Below, piece after piece: positions 36,019 to 45,098 of a DNA stretch of 64,000 nucleotides. A program made the position numbers and the translations under genes. The notes beneath the pieces are model-generated. The model saw only the letters and a program-made list of their open reading frames with translations. It was not told the DNA's origin and made no database searches. Within the stretch, counting starts at the first letter, position 1, and each line of letters begins with the position of its first letter. The DNA comes from Dehalococcoidia bacterium (GTDB taxonomy: Bacteria > Chloroflexota > Dehalococcoidia > Lucifugimonadales > UBA3495): the NCBI GenBank assembly GCA_965203675.1, contig CBDBDE010000002.1:1151028-1215027 (forward strand), in the 5' to 3' direction.

Positions 36019-37434
36019 TTGGCGACAAGCATAGTGATGCCCCAGATGGGCTACGACATGCGGGAAGGCACCGTGGTCCGCTGGCACAAGAGGGAAGGCG
36101 AGACCGTCGCCCGCGGCGAAGTCCTGGCGGACATCGAGACGGACAAGGCGACCGTCGAGTTCGAAGCCTATACCGGCGGGGTTGTCGGCAGGATAGTCGC
36201 CGCCGAGGGGATGGTCGTCCCGGTGGGCGAACTCATCGCCATTATCACGGCTCCCGGCGAGGCCCTGCCGGAGGATGACCTGCCGGCCGCGCCGCCGGAT
36301 GCAGTCCCGGACGATTCGGGAGCTCAGTCTAATCGGTCCTCCCAGGCGGTTGCTTCCCCTTCCGACTCAGGGACAGCCGACAGCGAGACAGCCGACGAGG
36401 GCCGCCTGCGGGCGTCACCCATTGCCCGCCGCCTGGCCAGGGAACGGGGCATAGACTTGGGAGATGTGACGGGCACCGGTCCCGGCGGGCGGATCGTGGA
36501 AAAGGACGTCCTGGAATACCAGCCTCCTGCCCTTCCGGCGGAACCCCCCGGCGGGGTTCGGGCATCGCCCATCGCCCGCCGTTTGGCCCGGGAACGGGGC
36601 ATCGACCTAACAGCAATAAGCGGGACCGGTCCGGGTGGGCGCATCGTCGAGAAGGACGTGCTGGAGTACCGCCCTCCAGCGCCCGCACAGGCCCCCATAT
36701 CGGAAGCGCCTCCAAGTCCAGACGGCGATGCGGCGGCTGTTCCGGCCGAGGCCGCAGAGCGGGTAGACCTTTCCCGGATGCGCCAGGCCATCGCCCGGGT
36801 GACCTCGGACTCGAAACGGGAAGCGCCCCACTTCTATGTCACCGCCGAGATTGACATGGGAAGGGCCATGGCCCTGCGGCAGGAAATCAACGACGCGGTT
36901 GATTCGGACTCCCGGGTCACGGTCAACGACCTGATTGTCAGGGCGTGCGCCCTGGCCCTGGGGCGGCATCCCAAGTTCAACGCTTCCTTCTCCGACGGGG
37001 CCCTGGAATTTCACCCCCAGGTCAACATCGGCATTGCCATTGCCTTGGAAGCGGGACTGATGGTCCCGGGCATCGCCAACTGCCAGGAGAAGAGCCTGGT
37101 GGAGCTGGCGGCGGCCAGCAAGGACCTCATCCAGCGGGCCTACAGCGGCCACCTCCGCAATGACGAATACAGCAGCACGACGTTCAGCGTCAGCAACCTG
37201 GGGATGTTCGACGTGGAGAGCTTTGCGGCCATCATCTACCCGCCCCACGCCGCCGTTCTTGCGGTGGGTTCGGTGAAGGAGCAGCCTGTGGTCCGGGACG
37301 GACAACTGGCCGTTGGCCAGATGATGAAGGCAACGCTGTCCACCGACCACCGGGTCGCGGACGGCGCGGAGGCCGCCCAATTCCTGATGGAAGTGAAGCG
37401 GGTGCTGGAGAATCCGGTGACGCTGTTGATTTAG
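36019..37434 (+). CDS. Dihydrolipoamide acyltransferase (E2) with one lipoyl and two E3/E1-binding domains
   Basis: Lipoyl motif ETDKATVEF. There are two copies of ASPIARRLARERGIDL...GTGPGGRIVEKDVLEY. The catalytic motif is DHRVADGA. TTG 36019 lies 5 nt after GGGAGG. Confidence 0.85.
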   Translation: MATSIVMPQMGYDMREGTVVRWHKREGETVARGEVLADIETDKATVEFEAYTGGVVGRIVAAEGMVVPVGELIAIITAPGEALPEDDLPAAPPDAVPDDSGAQSNRSSQAVASPSDSGTADSETADEGRLRASPIARRLARERGIDLGDVTGTGPGGRIVEKDVLEYQPPALPAEPPGGVRASPIARRLARERGIDLTAISGTGPGGRIVEKDVLEYRPPAPAQAPISEAPPSPDGDAAAVPAEAAERVDLSRMRQAIARVTSDSKREAPHFYVTAEIDMGRAMALRQEINDAVDSDSRVTVNDLIVRACALALGRHPKFNASFSDGALEFHPQVNIGIAIALEAGLMVPGIANCQEKSLVELAAASKDLIQRAYSGHLRNDEYSSTTFSVSNLGMFDVESFAAIIYPPHAAVLAVGSVKEQPVVRDGQLAVGQMMKATLSTDHRVADGAEAAQFLMEVKRVLENPVTLLI

Positions 37435-37439
37435 AGGGT

Positions 37440-37660
37440 GGGGGAGGATTGGGTTTTCAGGCCCACCCTATCCCCCGGCCTTATCGGGAATGACGGGAAG
37501 AGGGGTTTGCTTTGGTTGTCGTTCTGTGGGGAGGGTTTACCGGGGTCTGGGCCCCCTCCCCTTTCCCTCCTTCGTCGTCCCTCCTCAGTCGCCAGGGGCA
37601 GGCTCTGCGCGGGGGTGACGGGAGAGAGGGTAGACGGGGCTCATCGCGGGAATAAGCGAA
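37440..37660 (+). repeat. Degenerate A-type repeat cluster (one copy with an insertion in the loop)
   Basis: CGGGAATGACGGGAAG at 37485-37500. GGTCTGGGCCCCCTCC...GCGCGGGGGTGACGGGAGAG at 37543-37624. Confidence 0.7.
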
Positions 37661-37732
37661 GTGCGGCGAAGCCAATGAGCCGTCATTCTTACTGATTTAG
37701 AGATTGTTACTTAACACGCTAGGAGAGAACCC

Positions 37733-39370
37733 ATGCCGCTGATGACCGGTGGACAGACTATTGCCGAATCGTTGAAGGCCCAGGATGTTGACACCATATT
37801 CGGGATTATTTCCGTTCATACCCTGGACCTCTTTGATGCCCTGTTCGACAACCAGGACTCGCTCCGGTTCATCGGCGGGCGGCTGGAACTGGGCTGCGGG
37901 TACATGGCGGACGGCTATTCCCGGGCCACGGGAAAGCCGGGAGTGCTGCTGACCAGCACCGGCCCCGGGGCGGCCGATTCCATGGGCGCCATGGGGGAGG
38001 CCTACTTCTCCAGCTCGTCGATCCTACAGGTAACCACCAACGTTGAGCGGGAGTTCGTGGGCAGCAACAAGCTGGCTACCCACGAGACTAAGGACCAGCT
38101 GGGCATGTTCCGCGCCGTCACCGACTGGAATGCGATGATCGGCGAGGTTGAGGCCATCCCGGACCATTTCGTGGAAGCCTTCCGCCGCTTCCAGGAGCGC
38201 CGTCCCCGGCCCATCGAGCTGGAAGTGCCCACCGACATGCTGGGAGAGAGGGCCGAGGTGGAGATCCTGCGCCCCCGGGAGCCGGACATCCCTCAGGGTG
38301 ATCCCGGGATGGTGGAACAGGCGCTCCAGGTCATGCTCGACGCGAAACGCCCGGTCATCGTCGTGGGCGAGGAAGTTCAGTCCCAGGGCGGGGCGGCGGA
38401 AGTCATCGAACTGGCCGAAAAGCTGGGAGCGGCGGTGGTCACCACGGACGGGGCCAAGGGGGCCTTCCCGGAAAGCCATCCTCTGTCCCTGGGGCCCGCG
38501 CTGGGCCGACGCATCTGGGGGGAGAATCCGGCCCAGGACTGGCTGGGTTCGTGTGACGCCGCGCTGGTCCTCGGTTCGGCCCTAGCCTACCGCTCCACTG
38601 TCGGCGTGGACCTGAAGCTGCCGGAAAAGCTGGTCCACGTCCTGCTGGACGAGGAATACATCGGCAAGAACTATCCGGCGGCGGTTGCCATCACGGCCAA
38701 TTCCCGGGCCGTCGTCGCCCAACTGCTGCAGGGTATCGGGGGCCGGGACGTGGAAAGCTCGGCGGAGTACCGGCAGGAAGTTTCCGCTCTGAAACAGCAG
38801 CAATACCAGGCCCTCCAGGATACGTGGGGGAATGAACTGCGGGCCTTTGAGGCCATCCGCGCGGCCACACCCGACGACACCATTTTCACTTTGGACGCAA
38901 CCGTCCCGGCCAGCCGCGCGGCCCGCTGCCTGACCATCGACCAGCCCCGCCAGTTCATGTATCCCTGGGGTTGGGCCGGCTTGGGGTTTGGATTCCCCTC
39001 CGCACTGGGCGCCAAGGTTGGCAAACCCGAGTGCCCGGTGGTGTGCATCACGGGCGACGGCGGGTTCCAGTACAACGCCCAGGAATTGGGGACCGCCGTC
39101 CAGTACGGCATCAACCCGGTAATAGTCATTTTCAACGACAACGCTTGGGGAGTCCTCAAGGGATACCAAAGCGCCCGCTTCAGCGACCGCCTAATGGGCA
39201 CAGACCTGGTAAACCCGGACTTCATCAAGCTCTTCGACTCCTACGGCATCCCCGGCACCCGAGTCTCCACGGTAGACGGTCTGTCAAAGGCCCTGGAGCA
39301 GGCGGTGGGCGCCGACCGGGTGCAATTGATAGAGGTGGAGATTCCCAATGGGTTCGGGGCGCTGGTCTAG
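37733..39370 (+). CDS. Thiamine diphosphate-dependent enzyme, paralogue B
   Basis: ELGCGYMADGYSR, GPGAADS, ThDP motif GDGGFQYNAQELGTAVQYGINPVIVIFNDNAWG. Confidence 0.85.
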   Translation: MPLMTGGQTIAESLKAQDVDTIFGIISVHTLDLFDALFDNQDSLRFIGGRLELGCGYMADGYSRATGKPGVLLTSTGPGAADSMGAMGEAYFSSSSILQVTTNVEREFVGSNKLATHETKDQLGMFRAVTDWNAMIGEVEAIPDHFVEAFRRFQERRPRPIELEVPTDMLGERAEVEILRPREPDIPQGDPGMVEQALQVMLDAKRPVIVVGEEVQSQGGAAEVIELAEKLGAAVVTTDGAKGAFPESHPLSLGPALGRRIWGENPAQDWLGSCDAALVLGSALAYRSTVGVDLKLPEKLVHVLLDEEYIGKNYPAAVAITANSRAVVAQLLQGIGGRDVESSAEYRQEVSALKQQQYQALQDTWGNELRAFEAIRAATPDDTIFTLDATVPASRAARCLTIDQPRQFMYPWGWAGLGFGFPSALGAKVGKPECPVVCITGDGGFQYNAQELGTAVQYGINPVIVIFNDNAWGVLKGYQSARFSDRLMGTDLVNPDFIKLFDSYGIPGTRVSTVDGLSKALEQAVGADRVQLIEVEIPNGFGALV

Positions 39371-39425
39371 CCGGGAGCCGGGTACCCATCGGCCCGCCGG
39401 AAAGCCAGGGAGGTAAAGGAAGGGA

Positions 39426-40211
39426 ATGTCCCAGGAAAGGACCCACGACGAGCTGATCCAGGAGCAGTTTTCCCAGCAGGCCGCCAACTGGGATGCCTAT
39501 GTGGTGTCCGGCGGCAACGAACATGCCCTGGCGTGGAGCCTGGAGAACCTGGAGTTGCGCCCGGATATGCGGGTCCTGGACGTGGCCGCTGGCACCGGGG
39601 TCCTAGCCCGGGGAATGGCCCCGATGGTTGCCCAGTCCGTCGCCGTCGACGTGACCGCGGAGATGGTCGCACGGGGCAGCCAACTGGCCGCTGAAGAGGG
39701 GTTGACCAACGTCACCTTCGACCTCGGCGATGCCCGCAGCCTGCCCTACGAAGACGAGAGCTTCTCGCTGGTGGCGTGCCGCCTGGCGATGCACCAGGTG
39801 GAAGACCCCGGCATGTGCCTGCGGGAAATGGTCCGCGCCTGTCGTTCCGGCGGGCACGTCGCAATCATTGACCTCACCACATCCGAAGACCCGTCCACCG
39901 CCGAGACCCACAACCACCTGGAACGCCTCCGGGACCCCTCCCACACCAACGCCCTGCCCGTCAGCCGCCTCCGAGCGATGGCAGAGGAGTGCGGCCTGGA
40001 AGTCGCCCGCACATCCGCATTCGAGGCCCAACGCAGCGTTGAGAGCTGGATGGACATGACCCAGACCACCGACGAATCCCGGGCCCTGATCCTGAAGGAT
40101 TTGCAATCCGAGCTATCGGGCGGCCCCGAAACCGGGATGTATCCCTACCTGGAAGACGGGGAGCTAATGTTCAGACACCGCTGGGCCATGCTGGTGTGCC
40201 GGAAGCCCTAG
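39426..40211 (+). CDS. Class I SAM-dependent methyltransferase
   Basis: Motif I VLDVAAGTGVLA, plus acidic and post-I motifs (FDLGDARSLPYEDESFSLV). Confidence 0.8.
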   Translation: MSQERTHDELIQEQFSQQAANWDAYVVSGGNEHALAWSLENLELRPDMRVLDVAAGTGVLARGMAPMVAQSVAVDVTAEMVARGSQLAAEEGLTNVTFDLGDARSLPYEDESFSLVACRLAMHQVEDPGMCLREMVRACRSGGHVAIIDLTTSEDPSTAETHNHLERLRDPSHTNALPVSRLRAMAEECGLEVARTSAFEAQRSVESWMDMTQTTDESRALILKDLQSELSGGPETGMYPYLEDGELMFRHRWAMLVCRKP

Positions 40212-40298
40212 CCTCCGGTGCCTGGGCCGTCCAAACCTCCTGAAGGCGGTTTTGGCAGGCTCTAGGATTTTTTCCGGCGGGCATGGACAATTGTATGA

Positions 40299-41753
40299 GT
40301 GAGCACTGAACACGCCCCCAGCCGCCGGGTCTATCCGCTGGATGCCCACGATCTGACGGAGGAGCAGATCGCGGTGGTCTTCGCCATGACCTCACGCCGG
40401 CCCGAACCCTTCGACGAGATTGCCGAGCAGGTCAGCCGGGAACGCGCCGCCGATTTCCACGAGCGATGGGTCCTAGGATACGGCCACGCCTCCGTCGCGG
40501 AGCACGCGGTCGTCCACCTGGCCGTGGAGAACGTCTCCCGCCTAGCCTGCGACGCGCTGGAGGACAACCGCCTGGCCTCCTACACCGAGAAATCATCCCG
40601 GTACCAGGTCCTGCCGCCCGGCAGCTACCACACACCTAGGGAACTGGAGCCCTTCCCGCAGCTGCTGGAGGAGTACCACGGCACCTGCCGACACCTGTTC
40701 GAGGCATATTCCCAACTGCTCGACGGTTGCATGGCGCACCTGGCCAGGGAGCATCCTCGGGTGGAAGGGGAGCGCGAATCCGCCTACCGCCTGCGGCTGC
40801 GCCGCGTCGCCACCGACCAGTGCCGGGAAGTGCTGCCCGCCGCCACCCTGACGAACGTGGGAGTAACCGCCAACGCCCGCACCCTAGAACACGCGGTCAG
40901 CAAGCTCCTGTCCGCCGAACTGGCCGAAGAGCGGGACCTGGGCCTGGAAATCCGGGAGGAGGCCCGCACTATCACCCCCACGCTGATCAAGTACGCCGAC
41001 GAGAACGCCTATCTCACCTCCGTCTCAGCGGAGCAAAAGCAGTTGGCTTCCGAGGCCGGGACCCGGGGAGGGGGAGCTATCCCGGGAGGCGGCGCGGCGG
41101 CTTCCGTTATCTCGGCCAGGCTGGTCGGGTGGGATACCGATGCGGTGGAGAAGGTTGCCGCCGCCCTTCTTTACCGCTATTCAGGGAGGGGCTACGATGA
41201 CGTGCTCCAGGCGGTCCGGGCCATGCCGGAGTGCCAGAGACATGACATAATCCACCGCTGCGTGGCTGGGATCGGGCCCCACGATCTTCCCGGGCGCGAA
41301 TTCGAGACCGTACACTACACCTTCGAGTTCACCCTGGATTACGGCGCATTCCGGGAGTTCAGGCGCCACCGGATGCTGACCTGTCTCCCCCAGCCCGGCA
41401 CGGTGGACCTGGGATACCGATTGCCCTCCCTGATCCGCGATGCGGGAATGGCTTCCGTGTTTAAGTCCGCGCTGGGGCGGGCGGAGCAGGCTTTCCGGCA
41501 GGTGCAGGAAGTATCCCCAACCGCGGCCCAGTACCTGGTTACCCATGCCCACTACCGCCGCGCCGTGGCCCACGTCAACCTGAGGGAGTGCTACCACCTC
41601 TTCAAGCTCCGCACGTCGGAACTGGCCCACGACGCCATCCGGGAACCGGTCTCCCAGGCGATGAAGCTGGCGGTGGATACCCATCCCGAGCTTTTCCGGC
41701 ACCTGCGTCTCCGGGACTATCCGGAGTGGTGGCCGTTCCCGCGCGTGGAGTGA
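40299..41753 (+). CDS. Long (484 aa) ThyX-family protein (flavin-dependent thymidylate synthase-like, two-module form)
   Basis: GHASVAEHAVVHLAVENVSRLACDALEDNRLASYTEKSSRY is a ThyX motif with RHR replaced by DNR. A second module has FREFRRHRML and LRTSELAHDAIRE. Confidence 0.6.
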   Translation: MSTEHAPSRRVYPLDAHDLTEEQIAVVFAMTSRRPEPFDEIAEQVSRERAADFHERWVLGYGHASVAEHAVVHLAVENVSRLACDALEDNRLASYTEKSSRYQVLPPGSYHTPRELEPFPQLLEEYHGTCRHLFEAYSQLLDGCMAHLAREHPRVEGERESAYRLRLRRVATDQCREVLPAATLTNVGVTANARTLEHAVSKLLSAELAEERDLGLEIREEARTITPTLIKYADENAYLTSVSAEQKQLASEAGTRGGGAIPGGGAAASVISARLVGWDTDAVEKVAAALLYRYSGRGYDDVLQAVRAMPECQRHDIIHRCVAGIGPHDLPGREFETVHYTFEFTLDYGAFREFRRHRMLTCLPQPGTVDLGYRLPSLIRDAGMASVFKSALGRAEQAFRQVQEVSPTAAQYLVTHAHYRRAVAHVNLRECYHLFKLRTSELAHDAIREPVSQAMKLAVDTHPELFRHLRLRDYPEWWPFPRVE

Positions 41754-41847
41754 CGGGACCGGGCGGCGTCCCGGGCCGGTCTTTCGGTATCCCGGCCTGG
41801 CCGGCGTCCCCTGGAAACCTGAAGCGGGGCAAGTGACTAGCCGAAGA

Positions 41848-41997
41848 CTAGGGGTCGGAGCAGTCGCGGGTGTAGCCGCAGTTGCGGCACTGGATCTTGC
41901 AATGAAGTTCCAGCGTCGGCCCGCCGCAAATCTCGCAAACGGACTTGGGAGGAGACGGCCCGGGCGCCGGCTTGGGTTTCCGCGGCTCCGCAGTCAT
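41848..41997 (-). CDS. Candidate 49-aa zinc-ribbon protein (below the ORF-track length cut-off)
   Basis: My translation is MTAEPRKPKPAPGPSPPKSVCEICGGPTLELHCKIQCRNCGYTRDCSDP. It contains CxxC...CxxxCxxC, and the ATG lies 18 nt after the anti-sigma stop on the same strand. Confidence 0.4.
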   Translation of the reverse strand: MTAEPRKPKPAPGPSPPKSVCEICGGPTLELHCKIQCRNCGYTRDCSDP

Positions 41998-42015
41998 CCT
42001 TGAAGCTGGGGTCTC

Positions 42016-42945
42016 CTACTTGGGGTTGGCTTGGTGGGGAATCCGGCTGGTCAACACGACCTGGTCATGGACCGGTTCCTCCCCTTCCATGGTAACGTTC
42101 ACCGAGTCGAACTCGAACAGGGACTGGCCGGATTCGATGTCCAGCGTTCCCTGCCCGGACTCGTTCACCATTACCTCCCCCGCCGGGGTCCAGTCCGTCC
42201 CACGGACCAGCCAGACGAGGTAGGGCGTGTTGCCCGCCGCAGGATTCTGGCTGGAAATCATCATCGTCGCCTTCCTGCCCTCGTCTTCAACCAGCAGGAA
42301 CCCTTCGTGGCCGGAATGGTCTTCCGACGGCTCCAACATCACGGGTTGGGTTTCCGGGAAGGAATCGAGGTAGCTGCCGATCAGGGTGGCGGTCCAATCG
42401 GAGATTCTCCCCAGCGACACTATCCCGGAACTTTCCATCTGGGCGGCGAGGACGGAGGTTTCCCGCTGCAGCCTTTCCGTCTCCTTCAACGCATTGGCCA
42501 TCTGCGCCGTCACGGTTGAGTTCCGGTGGGCCATGTCATCAACCTGCTCGGCCAGCCTCAGGTTCAGAGCCACCGACAGCCCGAAAAGGGCCAGCACCAA
42601 CACCGCCGCCGCGGGGAGAGCCAGTCCCCGGAGAGTAAACCAGGGAGGCAGCATGAACCGGGGCATTGCCCACCGGCGAGCCCCGTTGTTCACGGCCGGA
42701 GTGGCTTCCGGCGCCGGAGGGTTAATCTCCGCCATGACCCGGTTGAGGATCCCCGGGGGAGCCGGGGCCTGCTCCACGGCCATGGCGAGGCGAGTTACCG
42801 ATTCCAACGCCCGGCCGACCAGGACCTGGCACCGGGAGCAGGTCTCCAAGTGCTGGTCGACCAGATTCGCTTCGTAAGCATCCAGCGCTTCCAGCGCGTA
42901 GGCTTCGAAGAGATCGTCGGGATGGTCCGTCAGGTTAGGCGACAT
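42016..42945 (-). CDS. Anti-sigma factor (zf-HC2 N-terminus, one TM, RskA-like C-terminal domain)
   Basis: HLETCSRCQ zinc motif and the TM helix LALPAAAVLVLALFGLSVAL. It overlaps the sigma gene by 11 nt. Confidence 0.7.
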   Translation of the reverse strand: MSPNLTDHPDDLFEAYALEALDAYEANLVDQHLETCSRCQVLVGRALESVTRLAMAVEQAPAPPGILNRVMAEINPPAPEATPAVNNGARRWAMPRFMLPPWFTLRGLALPAAAVLVLALFGLSVALNLRLAEQVDDMAHRNSTVTAQMANALKETERLQRETSVLAAQMESSGIVSLGRISDWTATLIGSYLDSFPETQPVMLEPSEDHSGHEGFLLVEDEGRKATMMISSQNPAAGNTPYLVWLVRGTDWTPAGEVMVNESGQGTLDIESGQSLFEFDSVNVTMEGEEPVHDQVVLTSRIPHQANPK

Positions 42946-43507
42946 CGGCCTCCAGTTCCAACCGTAACTTCTGCATTCCCAGCCGCATCCTCGTTTTCAC
43001 CGTTCCCAGGGGAAGTCCCAGCTTGGCTGCGATTTCCGATTGCGAGTACCCTTCGAAATAGGCCAGGATCAGCGCCGACCTTTGCCCCTCGGGCAGGCCA
43101 TCCAGCGCCTTGACTATGCGCTCCCGTTCGATGTTCAGTTCAGCCTCTTCGTCCGTGGGCCTGGACCGGGATGGAAGAAGGTCCAGCGTTTCGTAATCCC
43201 CCTGGTCTCCCAGGTTCTGGTGGCGGCGCTGGGAGCGGATGATGTCGATAATCTTGTTGTGGGCCACGCTCATCAACCAGGACCGGGGCGCTCCCCGCTC
43301 CGGTTTATAGCTCGACGACTTGGTCCATACATTAAGGAAAATGTCCTGGGTGGCGTCTTCCGCCGAGGCTTCGTTACGCAGCATATACCGGGCCAGCGAG
43401 TAGACCGCTGTCGAGTAGCGGGAATACAGCTCTTCGAGAGCCTGACCGTCGCCACCGGCGGTCATTTGGATGAGCTGGAGGTCTTCCAACTCATTGTAAC
43501 TAGCCAC
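42935..43507 (-). CDS. ECF-type RNA polymerase sigma factor
   Basis: Region 2 (DATQDIFLNVW) and region 4 (SQSEIAAKLGLPLGTVKTRMRLG). Confidence 0.85.
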   Translation of the reverse strand: MASYNELEDLQLIQMTAGGDGQALEELYSRYSTAVYSLARYMLRNEASAEDATQDIFLNVWTKSSSYKPERGAPRSWLMSVAHNKIIDIIRSQRRHQNLGDQGDYETLDLLPSRSRPTDEEAELNIERERIVKALDGLPEGQRSALILAYFEGYSQSEIAAKLGLPLGTVKTRMRLGMQKLRLELEADVA

Positions 43508-43686
43508 CGCCCGTCTCCAGGCGCCGGAAGACAGCGGTTCCTGTCTCCCTTAATACGTGCCGGCCGCCGTACCGGATTCCCCGCGTCTCCGCCGCCACAT
43601 CACCTCCACTAGCCCGCAGGCACAAACCCGCGGGTGAAACCTCACTGGGAAACCTCCGGGTCTGGGCCTTCCGGCGAAAACCCCGC

Positions 43687-45039
43687 CTATACTACCAGCG
43701 CATCAAATACGTCGTCCATGTCCGGCTGCTGCTCCAGGCTCCACAACAGTCCCAGGGCCTCGTCGCATTGCTCGCCGGAAAGCATGGGAGTAGCCAGACG
43801 CCGGAATTTTTCGCTGACCTCGGCGTCGCTCAACGGGTTGTCCCGGTGTCCCTTGGGATAGGGCCCGGAGGCAACATAACCCGCCCCGGATTTGGTCTTG
43901 ACCTCGATGTGGCAGTTGTATTCCAACGGGTATTTTTCGGTGAAGGCCGGGTCCTCTTCGATGGTCATTTTGGCCAGTATGGGGCGGAGGGACGGGTCGG
44001 CGATACGGTCCGCGGCGAAGGTGGCCGGGGTAACCGCGCCGTCCCGCAGCCCGACGGCCACCAGGAAGGGGATGCTGTGGTCGGCGGTTTCCCGGGTCTT
44101 GGGATCCCACTTCTCGGGCTCGGTGGACGCGCTGCTGACCGCGCTCCGGTAGCTCCTGATATGGATGGACTCGATGTCGGCAACGTCGACCTGGGAATGC
44201 AGCTCAATGGCCAGCCCGATGGGGTTCTGGGTGTGAATCTGCGACGGGTAGAACTTGAAGGTGTTCTGGGTAATCAGGAAGGGTTCGTCGCCTCCCCCCA
44301 TCTTGTCCAATTGAATTTCCCGTCCCAGGGCCGATTCCCACAGGCCTTTTCTCCCCTCGAAGGGCTCGAAGGGGCCGTTCATCCCCTCGGCGGCCAACTG
44401 GGCGGCGAAGATGCCGGCCCGCGTCGCGCTGGCGGCGGCGCATCCCTTCCACATGGAAAGCTCACCCATGCGGGTCACCCTCAGCGGGATGTTAGGGACC
44501 GCCGCCAGGGAAATGGCATGGGCCATCTGTTCCTCGTCCAGGTCCATCAGCTTCCCGGCGGCACAGGCGGCGCCGATGACGCTGAAGATGCCCTGGTCCC
44601 ATCCCGATTCGGGCACCTCGTCCGAGATCCGGCAGAATACCTCGTAGGCAAGGGCGATGGCCGTGATCAAGGACGGCCCGTCGGCGTTCAACGTATCCCC
44701 CACCGCCAGGGCCGCCGGAATCATGTCGCTGGGATGCCCTCCCCCCGGGGAAAAGTAGGAGTCGTTGCAGTCGAGGTAGCGCACCATCACGCCGTTGGCG
44801 AACCCGGCCAGGTCCATGGAGCTGTAGTCCCCGGTGCCGATGATTCGGGAAGGGGCAGCGCTGTTGACCCCGGCCGCCAACCGCCGGGCAATCTTGGCCG
44901 GCTCGGAAAGGTATCCCCCGATGGCGCACCCGAAGGTGTCCACCACCGTTCTCTTAATCTGATGCACCGTCGCCGGGCTCAGGTCCTCGTAGGAAAGCCG
45001 GCAGGCGTAGGAACTCAGCAGCTGTGATGTTTGGTCCAT
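43687..45039 (-). CDS. MmgE/PrpD family protein (2-methylcitrate dehydratase-like)
   Basis: LSPATVHQIKRTVVDTFGCAIGG and RYLDCNDSY, with a typical 450-aa length. ATG 45039 was chosen; the upstream Gly/Pro/Arg extension was rejected. Confidence 0.85.
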   Translation of the reverse strand: MDQTSQLLSSYACRLSYEDLSPATVHQIKRTVVDTFGCAIGGYLSEPAKIARRLAAGVNSAAPSRIIGTGDYSSMDLAGFANGVMVRYLDCNDSYFSPGGGHPSDMIPAALAVGDTLNADGPSLITAIALAYEVFCRISDEVPESGWDQGIFSVIGAACAAGKLMDLDEEQMAHAISLAAVPNIPLRVTRMGELSMWKGCAAASATRAGIFAAQLAAEGMNGPFEPFEGRKGLWESALGREIQLDKMGGGDEPFLITQNTFKFYPSQIHTQNPIGLAIELHSQVDVADIESIHIRSYRSAVSSASTEPEKWDPKTRETADHSIPFLVAVGLRDGAVTPATFAADRIADPSLRPILAKMTIEEDPAFTEKYPLEYNCHIEVKTKSGAGYVASGPYPKGHRDNPLSDAEVSEKFRRLATPMLSGEQCDEALGLLWSLEQQPDMDDVFDALVV

Positions 45040-45098
45040 TTTTCCGGGTCCTCCAGGTTGCTCAGGCTCGACAGGCGCGATGGCGAGGGATACGGGGA

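Noticed and set aside
34449-36032. Very long antisense ORFs: 34449..36032 (527 aa), 5679..7022 (447 aa), 60823..62439 (538 aa), 49440..51155 (571 aa), 43768..45027 (419 aa), 18943..20199 (418 aa), 21122..22288 (388 aa), 10747..11784 (345 aa)
   Set aside because: Each lies opposite a gene with clear family motifs. Their translations are Arg/Gly/Pro/His-rich low-complexity strings with no recognisable motifs. Such shadow ORFs are expected in GC-rich DNA.
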